This document shows positions 1-11,253 of a DNA stretch of 42,067 nt, piece after piece. The stretch spans positions 1 through 42,067 of the forward strand of contig NIVC01002680.1 of the NCBI GenBank assembly GCA_002269645.1, given 5' to 3'. A program made the position numbers and the translations under genes. Under the pieces are notes generated by a model, which had not been told where the DNA came from, made no database searches, and was given only the letters and a program-made list of their open reading frames with translations. This DNA comes from Macrostomum lignano. Taxonomy: Eukaryota. Every line of letters starts with the position of its first letter. Position 1 is the first letter of the stretch.

Positions 1-993
1 ATCTCCCCACTGAGACACATCCCTCTAGAATCTTCCCACTGAGACACATCCCCTCTAGAATCTCCCCACTGCGACACATCCCCTCTAGAATCTTCCCACT
101 GAGACACATCCCCTCTAGAATCTCCCCACTGCGTCACATCCCCTCTAGAATCTTCCCACAAACACATCCCCTCTAGAATCTTCCCACTGCGACACATCCC
201 CTCTAGAATCTCCCCACTGCGACACATCCCCTCTAGAATCTCCCCACTGAGACACATCCCCTCTAGAATCTCCCCAATTAGACACATCCTCTCTAGAATC
301 TCCCCAATTAGACACAACCCCTCTAGAATCTCCCCACTGCGACACATCCTCTCTAGAATCTTCCCACTGAGACACATCCCCTCTAGAATCTCCCCACTGC
401 GACACATCCCTCTAGAATCTTCCCACTGCGACACATCCCCTCTAGAATTTCCCACTGCGACACATCCCCTCTAGAATCTTCCCACTGCGACACATCCCCT
501 CTAGAATCTCCCCAATTAGACACATCCCCTCTAGAATCTCCCCACTGTGACACATCCCCTCTAGAATCTCCCCAATTAGACACATCCTCTCTAGAATCTC
601 CCCAGTTAGACACATCCCCTCTAGAATCTCCCCACTGCGACACATCTCCTCTAGAATCTCCCCACTGCGACACATCCCCTCTAGAATCTTCCCACTGCGA
701 CACATCCCCTCTAGAATCTCCCCACTGCGACACATCCCCTCTAGAATCTCCCCACTGCGACACATCCCCTCTAGAATCTCCCCAATTAGACACATCCCCT
801 CTAGAATCTCCCCAATTAGACACATCCCCTCTAGAATCTCCCCAATTAGACACATCCCCTCTAGAATCTCCCCAATTAAACACATCCCCTCTAGAATCTC
901 CCCACTGCGACACATCCCCTCTAGAATCTCCCCACTGCGACACATCCCCTCTAGAATCTTCCCACTGCGACACATCCCCTCTAGAATATCCCC
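1..993. repeat. 30-bp minisatellite (CACATCCCCTCTAGAATCTCCCCACTGCGA)n, about 33 units, running off the window start
   Basis: Visible tandem 30-mers, each with TCTAGA. Variant units carry AATTA in place of ACTGC. It explains the repetitive minus-strand ORFs at 145-1078. Confidence 0.97.
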
Positions 994-1079
994 AAATCAG
1001 TATAATTTTAGTTAATTGGCTTCCGTGCTGATGATGCGCCTGTTTCAGCTGTGAAATATCCGATATCACAATCAACAAG

Positions 1080-1469
1080 ATGAATCACCTGCACCAGCTT
1101 CATCAGCATCAGCATCACGGTATAGTAAGCTCTTCATCATTAACTCCAGTTAGCAACGCTAATCTGTCGTCAATGTCAATCGCCTCATCTATGGTGCCGC
1201 ACGCTGGCAGTCCTCAGCATCATCAGCTGCATCAGCAGTTGCAAATTCTGCAACAACAGCAGCAGCAGCAAGAAAAAGAGGTGATCTATAAGTGGATTCA
1301 AGAGTTGAATAATTCTTCTACCAGAGAGTCGGCTCTGCTGGAATTGTCCAGAAAGCGCGACTCGATCCCGGATCTGGCGCCTCTGCTGTGGAATTCCTTC
1401 GGCACCGTGGCCGCCTTGCTGCAGGAGATTGTGCAGATCTATCCTTGCATTCACCCGCCCGTGCTGTCG
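1080..1469 (+). CDS. CNOT9: CCR4-NOT subunit 9 (RCD1/CAF40), coding exon 1 of 3; join(1080..1469,2071..2610,3681..3860), 369 aa
   Basis: IYKWIQEL...[41 protein letters not shown] matches the CNOT9 N-terminal ARM repeats. Donor TCG|GTGAGC at 1470, phase 0. Confidence 0.95.
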
Positions 1470-1499
1470 GTGAGCCAGTCCGACTATGAGGGACTTTAT

Positions 1500-1870
1500 G
1501 AGATCTAGGATTGAGAGAAGGATGTGAAATCTGTGAATTTCTCATGTTGAGATCTGTTGTGAGAATGTTATGAAATCTAGGGGTAAAAAAGTTGTGAGAT
1601 CTGGAGTGAGAAGGTTACGAGGTTACGGGTGACGGTTATGTGATCTGGTGTGACAAGGTCTTGAGATCTAGGGTGGGAAGGTTATGAGATCTAGGGGTGA
1701 GAATGTTGAGATCTGGTGTGAGAATGTTATGAGATCTAGGGGTGAAAAGGTTTTGTGAGATCTGGTGAGACGGTTATCTATGGTTGAGATCTATGGTTAA
1801 AAGGGGTGAGAAGGTTATGAGATCTAAGGTGAGAAGGGTATAAGATCTATATTGAAAATTAGATCTAGCT
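1500..1870. repeat. Degenerate GAGATCT(A/G)GG-GTGAGAAGGTTAT-type repeat in CNOT9 intron 1
   Basis: AGATCT cores recur roughly every 20-25 bp with GTGAGAA/GGTTAT spacers. Confidence 0.75.
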
Positions 1871-1976
1871 CGTATATATTTTAGAAATTAAATTCAATAT
1901 TTTAATAAACAGCATAGTGTGTGAGAAAATGTGCGGAGATATGATAAGGAAGTTTTCAATCGCCGTTTATGTGTTG

Positions 1977-2048
1977 CTACTACTACTCGTACTTCTGCTA
2001 CTACTACTACTAATAATAATAATATTAATAATGTTAATGATACTAGCA
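1977..2048. repeat. (TAC)n/(TAA)n trinucleotide microsatellite in CNOT9 intron 1
   Basis: Direct reading: TACTACTACTCGTACTTCTGCTACTACTACTACTAATAATAATAATATTAATAAT. Confidence 0.85.
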
Positions 2049-2070
2049 ATAAAAACGCCACACCTCTCAG

Positions 2071-2610
2071 GCTCATCAGTCCAACCGAGTCTGTCACGCC
2101 CTCGCTCTGCTCCAATGCGTGGCCTCTCACCCGGAGACGCGAGCTCGATTCCTGCAAGCCTCCATACCTCTCTATCTATATCCGTTTTTGCACACATCCA
2201 GTCGGACTAGGCCGTTCGAATATCTTCGACTGACTTCGCTTGGCGTTATTGGCGCCTTAGTGAAAGCAGACGATCGGGAGGTGATCACCTTCCTTTTGCA
2301 CACCGAGATCATACCGCTGTGCTTGAGAATTATGGAAACTGGCTCTGAGCTGAGTAAAACTGTGGCCACTTTTATATTGCAAAAGATTCTGCTTGACGAG
2401 ACCGGTCTGGCTTATATCTGTCAGACCTACGAGAGATTCGCTCACGTTGGCGCTATACTCAACAAGATGGTGCAATTCCTATCTAGGGAGATGAGCGCCA
2501 GACTGCTCAAACCTGTGGTCCGCTGCTACACCCGATTGGCTGACAATCCTAGGGCTAGGCAGGCCTTGGTTACCACCCTGCCCGAGGCGCTTAGAGACGA
2601 TACCTTTCAG
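2071..2610 (+). CDS. CNOT9: CNOT9 coding exon 2
   Basis: Acceptor CTCTCAG|GCT. Reads [24 protein letters not shown]...[19 protein letters not shown]...[21 protein letters not shown]...DDTFQ. Donor CAG|GTGAGG at 2611. Confidence 0.97.
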
Positions 2611-2633
2611 GTGAGGCTCCTGTCTGTGCTGCC

Positions 2634-3520
2634 TCCCCTTCATCTAGTCTCCCTGCTTCATCCAGTCTCCCTCCCTTCATCCAGTCTCCCTCTCTTCATC
2701 TAGTCTCCCTGCTTCATCCAGTATCCCTGCTTCATCCAGTCTCCCTCCCTTCATCCAGTCTCCCTCTCTTCATCTAGTCTCCCTGCTTCATCCAGTATCC
2801 CTGCTTCATCCAGTCTCCCTCCCTTCATCCAGTCTCCCTCTCTTCATCTAGTCTCCCTGCTTCATCCAGTATCCCTGCTTCATCCAGTCTCCCTGCTTCA
2901 TCCAGTCTCCCTGCTTCATCCAGTCTCCTTGCTTCATCCAGTCTCCCTCCCTTCATCCAGTCTCCCTCTCTTCATCTAGTGTCTCCTTCATCCAGTCTCC
3001 TTGCTTCATCCAGTCTCCCTGCTTCATCCAGTCTCCCTGTCTCATCCAGTCTCCCTGCTTCATCCAGTCTCCCCTCCTTCATCCAGTCTCCCTTCCTTCA
3101 TCTAGTCTACATCCCTTCATCCGGTGTCTCTCCTTCATTAAGTGTCTCCTTCATCCAGTCTCCCTCCCTTCATCCAGTCTCCCTCTCTTCATCTAGTGTC
3201 TCTCCTTCATCTAGTGTCTCTCCTTCATCCAGTCTCCCTCCCTTCATCCAGTCTCCCTCTCTTCATCTAGTGTCTCCTTCATCCAGTCTCCCTCCCTTCA
3301 TGCAGTCTCCCTCTCTTCATCTAGTGTCTTCTTCATCCAGTCTCCCTCCCTTCATCCAGTCTCCCTCTCTTCATCTAGTGTCTCTCCATCAAGTGTCTCT
3401 CCTTCATCTAGTCTCCCTCTCTTCATCTAGTGTCTCCTTCATCCAGTCTCCCTCCCTTCATGCAGTCTCCCTCTCTTCATCTAGTGTCTCCTTCATCCAG
3501 TCTCCCTCCCTTCATCCCGT
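2634..3520. repeat. 18-20 bp pyrimidine-rich minisatellite (TTCATC[C/T]AGT[C/G]TCCCT[GC/CCC/CTC]) filling CNOT9 intron 2
   Basis: Tandem units visible throughout. It explains the S/P/L-rich part of the 2979-3860 ORF. Confidence 0.95.
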
Positions 3521-3680
3521 CTCTCCCTTTACTCCTTCTCCCTTCCCCTCTCCCTACATCCGATCTTTCTTTTTTCTCTTCCTTCAACTATACCTTGTCC
3601 ATCATCCAAACCATTTTCCTCTCTGGACAAACTTGCACACAATATATTCAAATGCCAACATTTCGTCTTACCTGATGCAG

Positions 3681-3860
3681 GAGGTGATGCAGCAGGATTC
3701 CAGCATCCGTGCCTGGCTGCAGCAGTTGCGCAACACCCTGGATCCGGCTGGGTCTCAGCTTCAACAGCAGCAGCAGCCAAACGCTTCCGCAGCCGCCGCT
3801 GTTGCCGCCGCTGTCAACAATGCGCTGCCTGGAAGCGGCCTGTATTCGGCATCCAGCTAA
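3681..3860 (+). CDS. CNOT9: CNOT9 coding exon 3 (terminal)
   Basis: Acceptor TGCAG|GAG. EVMQQDSSIRAWLQQLRNTL aligns to the final CNOT9 helix (VLKDDTTTKRWLAQLVKNL). In frame with exon 2; TAA ends at 3860. Confidence 0.9.
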   Translation, partial: EVMQQDSSIRAWLQQLRNTLDPAGSQLQQQQQPNASAAAAVAAAVNNALPGSGLYSASS

Positions 3861-4983
3861 AAATAGCAAAGAAAGGCGGAAATCATTGAAATACTAAACT
3901 AGTTAATAATTATATTTGCTGGGTTTCAGTAATAACATCGTAGTTATAATAATAGTGAATCTAACTAACGATTATAATTACAAGTTCTATTAATTTTAAG
4001 TTTATTGTGTTACAACTAAACAAGTTTAACAATTATTATCGATTGAAAATGTAGACTTTATTTTCCAAGAAGCTGTTTAACATCCTGTACTCGTCGGAAA
4101 TTATGATATTATAAGAATTGCCATTCTGTCTTTCGGTCAGTCGAAGTAGAATGCAAATATGCCTCTATATATATGGTGTTTATAATATTTATGCAATTGA
4201 ACAGTTATGACGACTTTTAATCAGATCACATTTGTCTGTTTCATTTATTTTCGGTTATTATATTCTTTATTTTTAAATAAATATATATAAGGCGCACTTA
4301 TCACGCTTTCTCTTGTTAAAACAGTTCTTTCTGTCTAGTTTGGTGGCTTGTATTTTTGTTTTATCTTTCCTCGTTTGCTTTGCAGAGCTGCGGTTTATTG
4401 TAGCTTAAAATGTGCAATGACAAAACTGCCATTATAAATAGTCCTGTTAGTTTGGTTTGTTTATTTTTTGGTTAGCTTTAATTTGCCTACTTATACTAAC
4501 TCGGCTACTGATGTACATTAGTAGACAGTTAAGCGCTTCTGTGCTAAAATTTGTTCGTTCGGTCGATAAATTTGTGCTTTCTTTAATTATTATTTAAATT
4601 ATCTCTCGCCTATTCAAACTCGACGATATTTTCGCATTGTTGTACTGTTAGTAGCAAGTTTGCTCAGTCAGCAAATTCTGCTGTTTTTTTAATTAATTGA
4701 ATTGTTGCGTTTATATAGCTTTGAAAGTGCGCTAACTCTCAGATTAATTCATATGCGCGTATTGGTATATTGCTCTTCTTTCACTGCGTCGATAGGATAT
4801 TTTATCTATTTTATTTGTTTGTGCATTGTGTTCCTTCCTCAAGTTTGCTTTCGTCAATTCACTTTCCATTGTTCAACGGTATGATCTGCTACAATTGAGT
4901 TACTCTGTTCTTTCAGAAATCATCTATTCAGATCGGTTGAGCAGACTTACTTTTATGTCAAAATATTACTGTTGCTTTGCTGA

Positions 4984-5015
<32 letters not shown>

Positions 5016-5021
5016 CTGTCC

Positions 5022-5063
<42 letters not shown>

Positions 5064-5066
5064 CTA

Positions 5067-5161
<95 letters not shown>

Positions 5162-5206
5162 GTCTGTCTGTCTGTCTATCTGTCTGTCTGTCTATCTGTC
5201 TGTCTT

Positions 5207-5245
<39 letters not shown>

Positions 5246-5294
5246 GTCTGTCTGTCTATCTGTCTGTCTTTCTGTCTGTCTGTCTGTCTATCTT

Positions 5295-5327
<33 letters not shown>

Positions 5328-5344
5328 GTCTATCTGTCTGTCTT

Positions 5345-5377
<33 letters not shown>

Positions 5378-5436
5378 GTCTGTGTATCTGTCTGTCTATC
5401 TGTCTGTATTTCTGTCTGTCTGTCTGTCTGTCTGTC
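4984..5436. repeat. (TCTG)n tetranucleotide microsatellite, with a second short tract at 5583-5657
   Basis: Direct reading. It explains the LSVC and RQTD ORFs. Confidence 0.97.
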
Positions 5437-5445
5437 ATATATATA

Positions 5446-5582
5446 CATATAGTTTATTACAGTTTAATTGGTGTGCAGTTCCGGTTATTTCCTTTCTCCT
5501 ATCTATTTGTGTGCGCGTCTATTTTGTTTTACTGTTAGCATCACAGATACTAGAATAACTAGATGTGTCTCCCGCAATTAAA

Positions 5583-5626
<44 letters not shown>

Positions 5627-6253
5627 CGTCTGTCTGTCTGTCTATCTGTCTGTCTTTCTATCTTACCTGTCTATTTAACTGCATGCCCCAAATATTATAT
5701 TTTTACTGTTTTAGTTTATTAATAAAAAGACCTTTTCGTCTTTCTATTTATTCACCCCGTCACTATGTTGCCTATTCAGCTCCTATTGTCACATTTTTTA
5801 GAACACAAGTTTATCAAAGAGTGTTTTAAACTAGAAAATATTCCGTTTTGCAATCGCTGATATATAAATAGAAGCTTATATATTAAATTTGCATAATTTT
5901 AGATTGAACTCATTAAATCTGCCTGCATGACTCGTTCTGAAACATCTGTGAAATTTTATTGTACGAGTATACTGTAATGAGTGCAAATAATAAGAGCTTA
6001 GTGCATAGAACATTGTAGTATATTGCTCATCTCCTTTTACAGCGGCAAATTTCAGTTTCATTGTTTTCCTTGCCTACCAATTATCAATCAATGTCTAAAT
6101 TAGTTATCTATACATATATGCATATAGTTTATTACAGTTTAATTGGTGTGCAGTTCCGGTTATTTCCTTTCTCCTATCTATTTGTGTGCGCGCCTAGTTT
6201 GTTTTCCTGTTAGCATTACAGATACTAGAATAACTAGATGTCACTCGCAATTA
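5446..6253 (+). repeat. About 135-bp direct repeat (5446-5580 and 6121-6253, offset 675)
   Basis: CATATAGTTTATTACAGTTTAATTGGTGTGCAGTTCCGG...GATACTAGAATAACTAGATG occurs twice with few mismatches. Confidence 0.9.
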
Positions 6254-6431
6254 CATTTGTGAAAAACTAAAGCGTCTACTCTGTTTTCAGTAGTTTGTCT
6301 GCGTAGTGCCATTTAAATTTAATATAGCAGCTAAAAGTTCCATTTCCTTCGTCGGGGTTTGTGGCCTCTGAAGTATACGGGGTTAAAAATGAACAGCAAA
6401 GCATTTAAATCGATGTACACAAGTGAACGCA

Positions 6432-6662
6432 AGACGGACGAAACTCGGCCTTGGGGCAGGCCCAATCTAGCTCAGCCAATCAGAGAGCAGTAAGGAGAGA
6501 AGTCAAAGTCAGACGGACGAAACTCAGCCTAGGGGCCAGGCCCAATCTAGCCCAGCCAATCAGAGAGCAGTAAGGAAAGAATTTAAAACCAGACGGACGA
6601 AACTCGGCCTCAATCTAAATCAGCCAATGAGAGAGCATATCTTACATTTCCTACTATAAAAG
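6432..6662 (+). promoter_or_regulatory. Three tandem ~80-bp units with CCAAT boxes followed by a TATA box (orphan promoter or LTR U3-like)
   Basis: AGACGGACGAAACTC starts at 6432, 6511 and 6591. Paired CCAAT motifs in units 1 and 2, a single one at 6624, and TATAAAAG at 6655. Confidence 0.6.
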
Positions 6663-7567
6663 CCAATTTAGAAAAATATAAAATGAGCGTATTCTTTACA
6701 AATTGAATATCTAGTATAGTTATTCTAGTATCTGTGGTTAGCACCAATCTAATAGAAGCATTGTGTGTAATTGTAGTTACTGAACGTCTCTATTGACTGT
6801 GCGCAATAAATAATTAATGAATAGATAAATATTCTAATCTAATTAAATTGCGACGACGCTTGACGTTTTGTTTTATTTGCCTCACAAATTGTGTGAAACT
6901 CCGATTTCTAAAATGTAGGCAAACTGCATAGAAGATAAAAAGTAGTAAATATTCTTTAGTGTCTACTTATTTGAGTAGTGTAGTCTGAATTTTCCAGAGT
7001 TTTTTATCAACACTGTCGAGAAATTTCGTCATGCCGCGCAATCTCACGCGGATCACGTGAGATTTTGTGTATTTTTTAGCCCGATAATCCGGTTTAAACC
7101 GGTTGAGTTCTTATTTCTGCTGCGTTACGGAAATGACTCAAGACGGTCTACGGTTTGTTCGCAGCATTCCAGTTTTTGCAATTAAGCAATGAAACATGTC
7201 ATTTTTTAAATATGAGCAAGATTAACAGTAGAAATACTTAATCTCAGGAACAAAGCAACGCAGGCACACGGGCTAACTTTTTGTTGCGCACTTTCTTAAA
7301 CAAGAATCAAGTCGCCAGCCCTCGGACCGTCGAGATAAACAACAATTCTGACAGAAGGTGGGACTTTTATAATATTAAGCGCTAGTGCATTCAATAGCTC
7401 GTAAACCCATGTGCGCCAATTAGCACTGCGCCTCAGTGCAGCCTTGCCAAGCTTTTAAATTTCATCAACACGTCGATCACACGTGTCTGCATCAGCTCTG
7501 CCTCTGACTTCGTTGGTCACTGACCTTCACTCAGGCGGAGCTTCTGGACCTTCAGCAGGTGACACCA

Positions 7568-7990
7568 TGTGACTATGGACGCCCTGATGCGAATTTCTCT
7601 GATTTTGCTGATCAAGCCGCGACAGTGGGCAAACCGGCAAACCTCAGCTGCTGGACATACTCAGCTAGTCTCTCAAGCATTCAGTCATCGCAACAGGGTG
7701 TCCATAGTCGGTGCCATCTGTTAAAGGGTGCCGACGGCGTCGGGGTGGTGACGGAACGCTTGAGAGTCTAGCTGAGGATGTCCAGCAGTTGAGGCTTGTA
7801 CATTTTATTCCCGCCTTGGTAGTAAAAAGATTTGTTTCGATTTCAGTTATGTATTTCATCAAACATAAAACAAGTACCGTTAGTGCTGTTCTCTATTCTA
7901 CCTTGCGCCCTTGTCAATTTGTAATGTACACCAAACTAATTCAGCGAATTCTACTGGCCTCGCGTCGATTACTGCATTGGCGTCGCAAGC
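7568..7990 (+). mobile_element. Putative 5' LTR (TG...CA) plus primer-binding site of a Ty3/Gypsy element
   Basis: TGCA at 7973-7976 is followed by TGGCGTCGCAAGC (7978-7990), which resembles a tRNA-Ser-type PBS (TGGCGTCACGAAC), then the gag ATG at 7997. The LTR start at TGTGAC (7568) is a guess. No second LTR was found. Confidence 0.5.
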
Positions 7991-7996
7991 AAAGCA

Positions 7997-8420
7997 ATGG
8001 CTGTCCAACTGCAACTACCCCCCCCCCACCCGAGCCATTTGATGTCAACTGCGAACCTCACACTCTTGCTTCGCGCTGGGAAGACTGGTCATCGCAATTC
8101 TTGTGCTTCATTCAGGCTGCAGGAGTCAAGGACCCCGCGCAACAGAGGCAAGTTCTGCTCTGCCGAACTGTACAAGTAGCTGAGCAACACTGGAGACATC
8201 ATCGAGTCACTCATCAAGTCATTCAAGGATCACTTCACCAATCGCAACAGTATCGTGTTCTCCAGGTATGAATTCCGAAACTGCAGCGTGCAGCAGCCCA
8301 ACCCAGAGCATTGACAACTGGGTCAGTCGACTGTGCAAAGCCAGGGAATCCTGCACGTTCAAGACCGCGTGATCCTCAAAGGCGACCCGGAAAGCTTGCC
8401 TCGATGAGGTTTACAGACAA
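7997..8420 (+). pseudogene. Decayed Ty3/Gypsy (Mag-like) gag fragment
   Basis: MAVQLQLPPP-PEPFDVNCEPHTLASRWEDWSSQFLCFIQAAGVKDPAQQRQVLL, then after frameshifts ELYK*LSNTGD...SFKDHFTNRNSIVFSRYEF, SIDNWVSRL...C.F and QDRVILKG. These follow the PEPF..W..W..F, FERY.F..Q..ESID..RL and RD.IV.G gag motifs. Stops and frameshifts are present. Confidence 0.75.
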
Positions 8421-8836
8421 ATGCTGACAGCAATGGCAAGCGGCTGGAATCGACAGTGCAGCATCATGTAATCACGCGAGCGAATGCGACAATGCTCCTG
8501 CAGCGTGGCAGCATGCGCTGCATGCAGCTACTATCAAATCGTGCACTGGAGAGGCAATGCAGATCTGTCGCGTGGCCGCGCTGCAGCATTCACTAATTGC
8601 ACTGCGGGCAATTCTGACAGATTTAGACAGATTTAAAAAGCGACATATTAACATTCCGTTACTAGCAGTTTGTTTATCCTTACAAGATATGTATGCTGAA
8701 CAAACTTTTAAACTACTCGTACTATTAGTAAAAAGAAAAACTTAAGTCATGGAAAATTACTATCGAAATCAATGTACACTGCATACGGCAAGAGTTGGCC
8801 TTCCATCCCCTCCGACTTTGGTCGGGGCTATTTCTC

Positions 8837-8862
8837 ATTGGTCGACAACCAGCCTGACCAAT
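8837..8862 (+). promoter_or_regulatory. Inverted CCAAT box pair (ATTGG...CCAAT) upstream of the H3 variant
   Basis: ATTGG at 8837-8841 and CCAAT at 8858-8862, about 125-150 bp upstream of the ATG. Confidence 0.5.
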
Positions 8863-8913
8863 CAGCAGGCGCACAGCAGGAAGGTAAAGACTTAACAAAG
8901 TCTTTAAGGGTAG

Positions 8914-9396
<483 letters not shown>

Positions 9397-10836
9397 GGCT
9401 CAAGATCGAAACGAGACAGGATGATAGTGTCCGAAAATGGACCTATATGACAATAACTGATACTGACTTTCCTCTCTAAATGTTGTAAAATTCCCTCTTC
9501 AAACTATTTGAAATACAGTGTAAAGCCTTCAATATAAGACTTTCATATCAGAACCGGTTTAGCTTCAATCAAAGTGCACGGATTCACGGTATTGCCCAAT
9601 ATGGTGCAATAATTTTGCACATTAATAAAAATTTACCGAAAAATGCCCTTACTACTACCCAAATAAGTAGTGTAATGTGGTTGTGCCAATTTTTGTGTCT
9701 TTAGAACCTAAAACAAAATAGAAACTTGTGTTAGACAAAGAGAACTTTTATTTCTTAGATATATGGAGCGATGGTTTAATGTAATTTAAGCGATAGATTA
9801 TAATGAAGATGCACTTAACTACCTCAGACATATAGTTGTGAAGTCAAATAGTTTAGCCTTTGCCTATGCACGGATCACGTCACTAGCAAGTCGAAATTCA
9901 CACAATGGGTGGGTACAATATCTTATCGCGACTATACTAAATGAGTGTAAAAATGCGCTTAATACTACACAAATAAGTAGTGTATTGAAGTTTTACGCCT
10001 TTTTAGATAAGACACAATCTAGATCACGGAGCCGGTAATCAAAACAACTTAAACCTATTTAAATGGTTTAGCTATTGCAAAACAAGGTGAGTCATTGTTT
10101 CACAATATTGTGCAATATTTTCAAGTACGATAAGATGAAAAATGTGTATAATTACCCAAATAAGTAGTGACATGAGATTTTCTGAGAATTTTTTACAATT
10201 CAGATCGAAATACTAAGCACAAAAAGAACTTCCTAATCACTAAAAGCTATTTTTGTTGAAATGAAAAACATTTGGTTAGAAACTAAATCAATAGTTTAGA
10301 ACGATTATAAAAACGAAAAAGAGCAGCCTAAACTATTTAGTTATTTTTAGTAACGTGTATTTTAAAATAAAATAGGTGTTTTTTAAACACAGTAGACAAT
10401 GATAATATATTAGACGATAATGCTAAGCAAATATTTTGATATTTAATGAATATTTTTAAGACAGAAGCTGCCAATAAATTGTGACTATATTTATTATAAT
10501 ACCTAACTAATTAGCGACAGAATTGTATTAAAAAATAACTCAATAAAAATAAACGAAGGAATTTCCCGGAATTCAATAAACCGTTAATTTTGGCTGAATA
10601 GTTAAACTTGTTCAAAACCAACAAGAGAACAGGATAGAGAGTTGAACTAACACGAACAGTCAATTGAAACATTATTAAACAATGGCAATATAGTACAAGA
10701 GATGCAGAACATGCTTGAATTTTTTTTAAATAGAGACCACAAGGAAAAACAGATTAAAATATTAGTTAAGAAGCGAGAATAAAAGAAACTTAGCGTCACA
10801 GAGCGCACTTGTCAAAAGCTGTGCAACTGAGCCTTT

Positions 10837-11253
<417 letters not shown>

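Noticed and set aside
1-993. CRISPR-like regular repeat array, and 86-231 aa ORFs on the minus strand
   Set aside because: There are no unique spacers, only a head-to-tail minisatellite in a eukaryotic context. The ORFs stay open because the 30-bp unit is a multiple of 3.
2979-3680. Long S/P/L-rich ORF extension upstream of CNOT9 exon 3
   Set aside because: It is intronic minisatellite. Splice sites at 2611 and 3680 give a direct CNOT9 alignment without it.
4826-5829. LSVC and RQTD repeat ORFs
   Set aside because: They are translations of (TCTG)n.
7583-7620. Hammerhead ribozyme (retrozyme-like) core in the LTR
   Set aside because: The sequence is CTGATGC rather than CTGA(T/N)GA, with no correctly placed GAAA or cleavage triplet.
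10700-10836. Histone 3' stem-loop after the H3.3 stop (AAAGGCTC...)
   Set aside because: The first half resembles the consensus but the complementary GAGCC arm is absent. None is seen after the variant either.
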